64,000 nt of DNA, from contig OZ244937.1 of the NCBI GenBank assembly GCA_965222075.1, positions 3,424,001 through 3,488,000 of the forward strand, written 5' to 3'. Of this stretch, positions 40,854 to 48,404 are shown piece by piece (the first letter of the stretch is position 1; every line of letters begins with the position of its first letter). Made by a program: the position numbers and the translations under genes. Under the pieces are notes generated by a model. That model was not told where the DNA came from, did no database searches, and saw nothing but the letters and a program-made list of their open reading frames with translations. The DNA is from Candidatus Latescibacterota bacterium. GTDB lineage: Bacteria; Latescibacterota; UBA2968; GCA-2709665.

Positions 40854-40889
40854 CCTGCCTGTGCGTGCTGTCTCACGCACGCAGACAGG
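40854..40889 (+). repeat. CCTG..CAGG mini-palindrome (36 bp, in frame)
   Basis: cctgcctgtgcgtgctgtctcacgcacgcagacagg at GA^A. Confidence 0.9.
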
Positions 40890-40969
40890 AAAGAAGTGCT
40901 CCAGCAGCTTCGCGGGAAAAAACGAAAACAGGCCATCACATCCCTGAACCATTTCGACCGTCATGCGCA

Positions 40970-40994
40970 CCTGCCTGTGCCGATGGCAGACAGG
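40970..40994 (+). repeat. CCTG..CAGG mini-palindrome (25 bp, frameshifting)
   Basis: cctgcctgtgccgatggcagacagg at CA^T. Confidence 0.9.
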
Positions 40995-41035
40995 TCGAAT
41001 GCGCTATCCTACCTTCAAAGAACAGGGCCTTCCCA

Positions 41036-41062
41036 CCTGTCTGCGTGCCACGCACAGGCAGG
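41036..41062 (-). repeat. CCTG..CAGG mini-palindrome (27 bp, opposite orientation)
   Basis: cctgtctgcgtgccacgcacaggcagg; splits the LPIGSG motif. Confidence 0.9.
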
Positions 41063-41300
41063 TCGGAAGTGGACACGTCGAAAGCGCCATCCGTCGTGTC
41101 ATCAATCTTCGGATCAAAGCACCAGGCACGTTCTGGAAAAAAGACATGGGCGAATACTTCCTGTTTCTGCGCTCACAGTTGATCTGTGGAAGATGGCCTA
41201 TCTTCTTCCAGAATGTCACAGGACGATACCGAACGGGTGAGTTTGCCCAACATCTCTTTCCCTCTTCTCCGAAAATGGGTTTGCTCAAGACAGGGACAGA

Positions 41301-41325
41301 CCTGCCTGTGCCGCCGGCAGACAGG
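41301..41325 (+). repeat. CCTG..CAGG mini-palindrome (25 bp)
   Basis: cctgcctgtgccgccggcagacagg at GA^T. Confidence 0.9.
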
Positions 41326-41935
41326 TGATCACTAACGCAATTAACCGCTTATTCAACAACTTAACACGACTTTCTATATGTCATACTTTGGGACTGCACC
41401 CAGTCCGAGCTGCCTAACATAAATTCAAAATATTTCCCAAGACCGGACTTTTGGATGCTCCGAGAAGGACCATCTGGAAGAAAGAAGTTCGACACGACAG
41501 CCAATCGGCACTTATCTATCCAGAAGTCGAGCATTTGCACAACGCCGGGTGTAAGTCTAAGGGTCTTGGGAAATTCCTGTTCGAAGTGCTCAATCATTTC
41601 ACAAACCAAACCTTCGATTTCACCTCTTCTCTCAGGGGCCTTCTCCTCAAGAACTGCACGGAAACGTTCCGGCAACGTAACTTCGCGCCAGGTCCCGTCG
41701 GACCACTGGTTCTCCCGCCACCTATCATAATCTTGCCTGAAATCAGTTGAAGAAGAATAGAACCCCGCCTCTACTGGCATGTGAGTGAGAAACCCGATCC
41801 CGGATTCATCTCCTGTGTCATCGAAATTGTCAATCAGTGTATTGAAGCAGTCGAAGAATATCCAATCAAACGAGCTCATTTTCCGGTATTTTGCACCCTT
41901 TGTCTTTTCGTTGAGCTAGCCAAAACCAACATTGC

Positions 41936-42014
41936 ACTTAACGTTCTCGGCACCCCCGAAGCCGCGAAGCGGTTTTGTGCGGAGCGAAGCGAAGCCGGGG
42001 GTGCCGTGTTAACC
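41936..42014 (-). other. attC site 16 (same body as attC12)
   Basis: ACTTAAC...GTTAACC. Confidence 0.92.
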
Positions 42015-42078
42015 GATGTGGAGGTTTGTCGGATCACCAAAAAGTTCAAGAGGCAACCATCACCCCTTGCTTTTTTGT

Positions 42079-42384
42079 TCATTCATTTCCTGCCAGTGCT
42101 TCTGACCAACGCCTGGCCATTGTCCTCAATTCTTCCTCATGGGCTGGCCAATCGTGAAGCGTGGCAGGATCAAAATCAGCACCATTCGGCCAGACGAGTG
42201 TATGCACCTCAGGATCAATACGCACCTCATTAAAAAGCAATATATCCATCAGAGGTCCGAACAACTCGCCCTCAAGAACTGGACGAAAATCGATAACTCG
42301 AGTCGTTTCATCGTTGAATCTGACTTTGATCTGATAGGTCCCAACAATCTCAAATGAAACGACTCGATAGATTGGATGACTCAT
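42079..42384 (-). CDS. DUF2442 protein (putative antitoxin), copy B
   Basis: Identical translation to 35261-35566. Confidence 0.85.
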   Translation of the reverse strand: MSHPIYRVVSFEIVGTYQIKVRFNDETTRVIDFRPVLEGELFGPLMDILLFNEVRIDPEVHTLVWPNGADFDPATLHDWPAHEEELRTMARRWSEALAGNE

Positions 42385-42395
42385 TCTATCCTCCC

Positions 42396-42665
42396 TTAAT
42401 GAAGCGGATCGATCGGCAAGGGAGGATGCCCAGATTGGAGCCGACCCCAATCTTCAAGGAGCTCCTCCTGATGCAACTCCGCCCAGGCTTCGACGAATCG
42501 TTGCTGACGGCGTGGCAAAGTCCCTGCGATCAATTCAATGGTATCCACAGCGTAAACGGCCACTTCATCTTGATAATAGGCGTGAAAATGAGGCCGATGG
42601 TGCTGTGTTCTCGGTTCGGCAAACATGCGAATGATGATTCCGAAAAACCGAGAAATTTCAGGCAT
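42396..42665 (-). CDS. DUF4160 protein (putative toxin), copy B
   Basis: Identical translation to 35578-35847. Confidence 0.88.
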   Translation of the reverse strand: MPEISRFFGIIIRMFAEPRTQHHRPHFHAYYQDEVAVYAVDTIELIAGTLPRRQQRFVEAWAELHQEELLEDWGRLQSGHPPLPIDPLH

Positions 42666-42815
42666 TTGTTTTCCTTGCGATATGGATTTTATCGATGAAA
42701 TCCTGCGGGAAATAAACCGGATTATGCATGGGTAAGCAAAATCCAAATTGGGATGAATGGGAGTCTGTTTTTGCCCCTCAGAGCTTGACCAATTAGCCCT
42801 TAAAACCTCCATGTC

Positions 42816-42905
42816 GGTTAACGTTCTACCGATTGCCGAACCTGCGAAGCAGGTTGCCGAAGGCCAAGCGCCGAATGGCGCGCAGCGGCAAACGAGTTGT
42901 TAGAT
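42816..42905 (-). other. attC site 17
   Basis: GGTTAAC...GTTAGAT. Confidence 0.88.
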
Positions 42906-42960
42906 GAAGTGGGATCTAATTCGTATTCCAATATCAAACCACCTGGATTAAGGCTACAGC

Positions 42961-43476
42961 TCAGCCGCGGTGCTTGTCACCGTCGGCTGCAGTGCCTTGT
43001 TGGCCGTTTATTCCTTTGTCCAGGTCCAGTCTGTACCGGCATGTCGGCCCGAGTTCTCCTGGCTCCCGTTCGGTTTCGATGGTGTCGACGTATGTCGCCC
43101 CGATCAACTCACAGGTCCTTCTGGATGCGTCGTTATCGGGACGGCAAGTGATCAACAGCGAGTTCAGTCCATGGCTAAGAGCAAGGGGGAACAGGAGGCG
43201 GCAACTGCGGGCAGCACATCTGTTCCCACGGTATTCCTCCTGAACATCGTAGCTCAGGTTGCCTCCATACTGTTCGAGCCTTTCCGTGCACCGGGTCCTG
43301 AGGCAGATGCTGCCGATCGTCGCCCCGCTGCTAATAAGCCGCATCTCGAAACGGTACTCGGGCACCCGTCCCTTCTCAGAATCGGACGGAAGCGTCTCGG
43401 TGAGGACAAGCTCAAGATCTCCGTCGACCAAGTGTCCTGGATCGTGGAATTCACATTCGGGATTCTTCCGGGTCAT
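42961..43476 (-). CDS. GNAT acetyltransferase, RimJ/RimL-like (cassette)
   Basis: GGNLSYDVQEEYRG, ITCRPDNDASRRTCE. Confidence 0.85.
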   Translation of the reverse strand: MTRKNPECEFHDPGHLVDGDLELVLTETLPSDSEKGRVPEYRFEMRLISSGATIGSICLRTRCTERLEQYGGNLSYDVQEEYRGNRCAARSCRLLFPLALSHGLNSLLITCRPDNDASRRTCELIGATYVDTIETEREPGELGPTCRYRLDLDKGINGQQGTAADGDKHRG

Positions 43477-43579
43477 CCGGTATTCTCTGCGGCCAACTAG
43501 TGATTGAGCGGTGAATATGCAGAATATCTCCCGCTATCTGGAGATATTCTGCAATGATCTGATTTTACGTTTCCATTTC

Positions 43580-43667
43580 ATCTAACGTTCTCGGCACCCA
43601 CGAACCTGCCGGAGGTAGGTTGGGCGGAAGCCCGAACGGGCTGGAGCCGTGGGTGCTCGTGTTACGC
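43580..43667 (-). other. attC site 18
   Basis: ATCTAAC...GTTACGC. Confidence 0.88.
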
Positions 43668-43717
43668 GCCGTGTCTGTCCTGAGTACACACCAAAACAGT
43701 TCGGCCAAGTTCAAACT

Positions 43718-44359
43718 TCACGAGTACATCGACAGGTCATCCCAGTCCGAGGACAGCGTCGGTCGAGGTAGCTTCGGATCGGGGTGCCAGCCTTCCCACC
43801 CGGCGGAGAAGGGACCTACGTTCCGCTCAATCTCCTCGACCGCACGCTGCCCCTCTGCACGAATCGCAATGGCATCCTCGAGACTCACTCTCCCGTCCTG
43901 CACGCATATGTCGAGTTCGTCCTTGTCTTTCCATCTCCACTCTCGGTTTGGTTCAACGAGGATGTCAAGCTGATGGTCCCTCAAATCGAAGCCCAGCGGT
44001 GTGCGTGTTAGTCTGCTCTGCATGTTCACATACCACCCAGAGAACTCCCGATCTCTTGACCATATGACGCAAGTTGCCCGATGCTGATCGGGTCTGATGA
44101 CGATCAAGAGCTCGCCCCACTGCCAAGTCGAATCCTGAAGCGTCCAGTTGTCCTCGGTCCACCGCCGTGGCGTTCCTGGCGTATGGTTTAGCAGCACCGG
44201 ATTCTTTGTAGGTGTATCCATTGGGAGCCAGAGGACGATCTGGGTCTCAGAATCTTCGACTACGGTGACGGGCTTCACATCGATAATTTGGCCATGCTCA
44301 TCAGTTTCTCGATAGAGTATGCAATCACCACATCGGAACCTGTCAGCTCCTTCTCCCAT
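43718..44359 (-). CDS. DUF402 (FomD-like) protein (cassette)
   Basis: FSGWYVN, DHQLDILV, WKDKDE. Confidence 0.85.
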   Translation of the reverse strand: MGEGADRFRCGDCILYRETDEHGQIIDVKPVTVVEDSETQIVLWLPMDTPTKNPVLLNHTPGTPRRWTEDNWTLQDSTWQWGELLIVIRPDQHRATCVIWSRDREFSGWYVNMQSRLTRTPLGFDLRDHQLDILVEPNREWRWKDKDELDICVQDGRVSLEDAIAIRAEGQRAVEEIERNVGPFSAGWEGWHPDPKLPRPTLSSDWDDLSMYS

Positions 44360-44416
44360 CTAGATTCTTCTCCTCCGAAAAATCAACCAGCCTGGCAAGA
44401 ATTCCTAAGGCATGGC

Positions 44417-44497
44417 GCGTAACGTCCCCGCCGTGCCCGAACCGCGAAGCGGTTGCGCGAAGGGCGTAGCCCGAAGCCGGGCACGGACGTGTTAGAC
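44417..44497 (-). other. attC site 19 (same body as attC11)
   Basis: GCGTAAC...GTTAGAC. Confidence 0.92.
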
Positions 44498-44554
44498 GGC
44501 GTTGGCCAAATCGTCACCACGGAGGAGATTTTTGGGCACACGGTTGCAGAGCGT

Positions 44555-45916
44555 TCAAAATGCCTCTTTCCCAACGATCTCGTAAACCCTCGCCGGATGG
44601 CGGTGATCTTTGACCTTATTGAATAGCGCTTTGGCCTTTTCCAGCATCCCGGCCCGTCCATAGAAGTAGATGAGGTTGCCAGCCTCGTTTGGTCTCCCAG
44701 TGAGGTCCCATACCTTCTCCTGCACGACCACGGCCCTGCCCCAATCACCCCTGTGGAATGCCAAACAGGACCCCATTTGCCGAAGTGCAACGTAGGCCCA
44801 TACGGTCTTTTGGCCTAGTCCGTACATGGTCTCATACACCGGATAGGCCTCATCCCACCGGTTCTGTCGAGCCAGTGACAAAGCGAGGTAGTTCAGGCAC
44901 TGCTGGTCTTCAGGGGCCAAAGTGACGGCATGGCGGGCAACTTCCTCCATCTCTTCAAAGTCGCGTTTCCACAAAAACATCTGCGCCTTGGCAGTGAGAG
45001 CAACTATGTCATCAGGGTCCTTTGCAAGCCGCAGACTGCATAGCTCCAGGCATTTCTCGATTGCCGTGGCCTGCTTTTGCTGGTCGCCCGCCCATAAAAC
45101 GGTAAGCTCGAACGCAACATCGATGGAGTCCGGCGCCGCTTTCGCGGCTCGTTGAAGGGTTGCCGCCTCTTCCTCGGAGGGGCCCTTGATCGGGTCATAT
45201 GTCCGTCCGAGCTCCATCAATGCCTCAGGATGGTCCGGGGACACCTCCAGTGCTTCCCTGAAGCGTGCGCGTGCCTCATCCATCCTCATGTACAATCGAT
45301 CCCTCTTGCCCTGTTCCAAGAGTCGGGCAATGGTCCGTGCTGCGAATCCTTCGGGCAGATCATGCTTGCTCCTGTCATCTCTTGCCATGCGGGTGACCTC
45401 CTCCTTAAGCTGCCTGCGCGCCCTGTATAGCCGCTGTTTCACACCTGCAGGGGTCGTTCGTACCAGAAGAGCCACATCCTGAATCGAATACCCTTCCAGA
45501 TAATGCAGTGTAAACGCCTGGACGCTTTTCGCAGGAAGCCTTGAAAACAGTTCCTGGAACGCTGCATTCCGGATAACAGGCTGCTCTGGATGTTCTCTGA
45601 GATCCGTCACCTCGACAACTGACTTCGCCACGGCTTGGTGGCGGCGATTGTCCCTCAACCTGTTGAGGCAGATGTTGCGAAGTATCTGCCCCACCCAGGA
45701 TGAGAATCGAGAGTGCTCCTTCAGAGCCTCAAGCTGTTTGAAGGCCTTCAAGAATGCGTCCTGAAGAGCATCCTGTGCCTCTTCCTTAGCGTGCACATAA
45801 CTTAGCGCCTGCAGGTAGAGGCGATCCTGATGGCGTAACACCAGGGCTTCGAATGCAGAAAGGCTGCCAGAGAGTGCGGCGGCGACTAGCTGGGCATCTG
45901 TGGATAGGCTTTCCAT
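44555..45916 (-). CDS. ECF-type sigma-70 factor fused to TPR repeats (cassette, copy B)
   Basis: Identical translation to 33664-35025. Confidence 0.88.
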   Translation of the reverse strand: MESLSTDAQLVAAALSGSLSAFEALVLRHQDRLYLQALSYVHAKEEAQDALQDAFLKAFKQLEALKEHSRFSSWVGQILRNICLNRLRDNRRHQAVAKSVVEVTDLREHPEQPVIRNAAFQELFSRLPAKSVQAFTLHYLEGYSIQDVALLVRTTPAGVKQRLYRARRQLKEEVTRMARDDRSKHDLPEGFAARTIARLLEQGKRDRLYMRMDEARARFREALEVSPDHPEALMELGRTYDPIKGPSEEEAATLQRAAKAAPDSIDVAFELTVLWAGDQQKQATAIEKCLELCSLRLAKDPDDIVALTAKAQMFLWKRDFEEMEEVARHAVTLAPEDQQCLNYLALSLARQNRWDEAYPVYETMYGLGQKTVWAYVALRQMGSCLAFHRGDWGRAVVVQEKVWDLTGRPNEAGNLIYFYGRAGMLEKAKALFNKVKDHRHPARVYEIVGKEAF

Positions 45917-46008
45917 CGCTCTACCATTACGACACCTCAGGAGAGAGGAAGGTAACGCCGAGGAAGGATTCTTGCAGTAATCTCCGCCCGTTCGTGAGGG
46001 CAAATGCC

Positions 46009-46103
46009 GTCTAACGTCTCACGGTTTGCGAACCCCGAGCTTGTCGAGGGGTTGCCGGAGGCCAAGGCGCGACAGCGCCGCAGCGAAAACCGCTGTGTTA
46101 TGT
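46009..46103 (-). other. attC site 20
   Basis: GTCTAAC...GTTATGT. Confidence 0.88.
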
Positions 46104-46126
46104 GCTGTGCAATTCAAACGCAGTCA

Positions 46127-46996
46127 CTACCATGCCTCCGAGCGAGCAGGTTGCAGAGCAAATTGCGTGATTGTGTCGTGAGCCCGCCCCGTGCAGTCAT
46201 GATGCACATACACCGTGTCGTTGATGACGATTCGGCGATTGTCTGGATACTTGGCGACCAAGTCCCGGTCGCGGAAAAACCTCCCATCGTATCGCCGGAA
46301 GAAGACAGTCCTTCCACCTGCTTCAACGAAGGCTTCCACCAACTCGCCACCGTTTGGTGCGGAGAGTCCTGGAATGGCATCGAATACACGTAGACAGTGG
46401 AACCTGTGATCGCCGATAGTCACGTCGTAGGTTCCAGCACCAATCCCTTCCCCGTCTGTTGTTTTGTAGGATCCATCGCTCTGCCGCTCGTATTGGCCTC
46501 CGTCGATCATTCGACGGTTCATAACACCGCCCCAGTTGGCCTCGAAGTGCCTGTCGCCCTGCACCTCGACCAAGCGTTTGCCGTCTACGCTCCTCGTGAC
46601 ACCAACCCAACGCGCACCGACGTCATCCAACAGTGCGTACATATAGCCAGGATCGAATTCCAACGGGATGTCTTCACGCTTCACATGTTGTTCCACTCGA
46701 AGTTCGATACAATCGATGTCTCGGAGTGTAGCCGATCCTACGGACACGATTTTAACGACCTCTGTCAGCTCAAGTGTATCCGCTTCATACACGGCCCACT
46801 TGCAGTGTTCACCCAACCTGGGAACGGCAAACCACCACTGCAGTTCCGGGCAATTGACCTCTTGCAATCGCGCACTGCTTTCCTGGATCGTGACCTGTGG
46901 TCGGGTCAATGGAAAACCATCAACCATCTCGCTGCCGATTTCAGTGTTCATAAGGACTGTAGGAGAGCGGCGCGGTCTTTGTCTTTTGCATGGCAC
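46127..46996 (-). CDS. Hypothetical protein (cassette)
   Basis: ORF fills the cassette between attC20 and attC21; start may be ATG 46951 or later. Confidence 0.75.
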   Translation of the reverse strand: MPCKRQRPRRSPTVLMNTEIGSEMVDGFPLTRPQVTIQESSARLQEVNCPELQWWFAVPRLGEHCKWAVYEADTLELTEVVKIVSVGSATLRDIDCIELRVEQHVKREDIPLEFDPGYMYALLDDVGARWVGVTRSVDGKRLVEVQGDRHFEANWGGVMNRRMIDGGQYERQSDGSYKTTDGEGIGAGTYDVTIGDHRFHCLRVFDAIPGLSAPNGGELVEAFVEAGGRTVFFRRYDGRFFRDRDLVAKYPDNRRIVINDTVYVHHDCTGRAHDTITQFALQPARSEAW

Positions 46997-47092
46997 ATAA
47001 CGATTTGACGGTTTGCGAACCCCGAGCTTGCCGAGGGGTTGCCCGAAGGGCCAAGGCGCGTAGCGGCGCAGCGCAACACCGTGCTGTTAGAG
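46995..47092 (-). other. attC site 21
   Basis: ACATAAC...GTTAGAG. Confidence 0.88.
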
Positions 47093-47116
47093 GACGTGCA
47101 GGTAATCTCCCCGATC

Positions 47117-48151
47117 TCAGAGCGCTACCGTCGTCTCGTTCAATGTCCGAAGAAGCCTTCTCACTTCGGATTCATATGATGGTCCACCGTGCCCGATGGC
47201 CTTTCGTGCAGTCATTGTCCAAATGAGTTCCTGTAGGCTGTAAAGGAGATGAACCGACTCCCACGACGGCCCATGAAGTCCCCTTGTGTGCAGGTACTCA
47301 CTCCAAAGAGCCTTTCGAAACGCTGAAAAATCGTCTCGGTAGCGCCAAAGCTCTCCTCCCCACTCGCCGAAGTTAAACTCGAGGACGGGATTTCCCACAC
47401 CAGCGTTTCCCCAATCCAGGATCCCGGTTACTTCTAGGTCTCGATCTGACCGGACCAAGATCTGGTCTTCGTGGACATCACCGTGAAGAAGCACATTGTC
47501 CATCTTGGCAAGCTCTGAAAGGGCCTGTTGCCACTTGCCGATACTGGTTTCAGAAGTCAGCTCTTTGAATTCGTCCTCCGCGATATTGGTAGCGTGGTCC
47601 CGGACTAATGATGCAATTAAACTCAGCACTTCCCCCAAGGAACTCAATTGGAGCGCCTTGTACATCCATCGATACGAGTCGGCATGATCACCGGCGAGAT
47701 CCTGTGACAATGGTTTCAGGAAGTCTGTTTCCGGCCCCAATTGAAGGTTGTGCCAAAATCCCGCAAGCCGTCCAACTGTGCGGAGAACTTCTTCATAACC
47801 TTCCGAACGTAAGGATCGTTCGATCGTGCCAAGCAGCACCCCATGTAGGCGCGTGACAACTCCAAACCGGTAAAGGCTCAACTCGTAATTTTCGACCGAT
47901 CTGACGAGCTTGGAGACCGGCAACCCGTCCAGTTCATTGAACAGTTCATAAAGCTCAAGTTCGGTACTCAGTGAACACTGGTACTTGGGATGCCTTGGAA
48001 ATAGAAAGACGAGATCCGGGGACTTGATAATGTGCTTGGACCAGCCGGTAAAATCGGGTTCAAGCTCTCCGAGCGTCAGTCCGAACTCTTCACAGAAACG
48101 ATTGAGGTGAGGCCTGATCAAAATGGCTTCGATTGCCGCAGAGTTTTTCAT
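47117..48151 (-). CDS. APH-family phosphotransferase (cassette)
   Basis: FLFPR, LLHGDVHEDQILV, GILDWG. Confidence 0.85.
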   Translation of the reverse strand: MKNSAAIEAILIRPHLNRFCEEFGLTLGELEPDFTGWSKHIIKSPDLVFLFPRHPKYQCSLSTELELYELFNELDGLPVSKLVRSVENYELSLYRFGVVTRLHGVLLGTIERSLRSEGYEEVLRTVGRLAGFWHNLQLGPETDFLKPLSQDLAGDHADSYRWMYKALQLSSLGEVLSLIASLVRDHATNIAEDEFKELTSETSIGKWQQALSELAKMDNVLLHGDVHEDQILVRSDRDLEVTGILDWGNAGVGNPVLEFNFGEWGGELWRYRDDFSAFRKALWSEYLHTRGLHGPSWESVHLLYSLQELIWTMTARKAIGHGGPSYESEVRRLLRTLNETTVAL

Positions 48152-48177
48152 GTCTTTGTGATCCGAACCTGCATGTC

Positions 48178-48307
48178 CTCTAACGTCCTCCGGGTTGCCG
48201 AAGTGGCCGTGCATAGGGAAAGGAACCAGTGGTTTTACAATCAGTCAAGCATAAACTCACGGCCATTTAGGCGTAGCGAAACGGAGCCGGTCAACCCGGT
48301 GTTAACC
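48178..48307 (-). other. attC site 22 (atypical, 130 bp)
   Basis: CTCTAAC...GTTAACC; CCGGGTTGCCG/CGGTCAACCCGG arms, AT-rich loop. Confidence 0.8.
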
Positions 48308-48404
48308 GAAGGTGGCTCTTAGTGGGGCGCCTCCATCAGGATACATTCGGGGCGGACATAAAGCACGCGACATAATCTGGTTTTGCTTTTTGTTTTTCTC
48401 TCAG

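Larger units (their letters stand above)
39714..41335 (+). pseudogene. DDE transposase disrupted by six mini-palindrome insertions
   Basis: IDGG, ADGAEWIW, LDYYH, GSGHVESA motifs. Removing 167 bp of inserts leaves 1455 bp, i.e. 484 aa plus stop. Confidence 0.9.
39599..41401 (+). mobile_element. ISKra4/ISLre2-type insertion sequence
   Basis: IRs GGGCGCGGTCCCATAGTGTGACA / GGGTGCAGTCCCAAAGTATGACA; TSD AGTCCGAGC at 39590-39598 and 41402-41410. Confidence 0.9.
39321..41879 (-). pseudogene. HAD hydrolase cassette gene split by an IS
   Basis: 5' part FDCFNTL...VSNF; 3' part SDFGWKKP...FIGDSLQND; joined by a 9 bp TSD. Confidence 0.85.
22747..48307 (-). mobile_element. Integron gene-cassette array (22 attC; no intact intI in window, CALIN-like)
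   Basis: Co-oriented minus-strand ORFs separated by 75-142 bp imperfect palindromes bounded by ..AAC/GTT.. boxes. Cassette start and end boxes are complementary or nearly so. Confidence 0.95.

Noticed and set aside
22747-48307. Prophage or tmRNA-integrated island
   Set aside because: No phage genes, and I saw no duplicated ssrA 3' end; the attC organisation explains the region.
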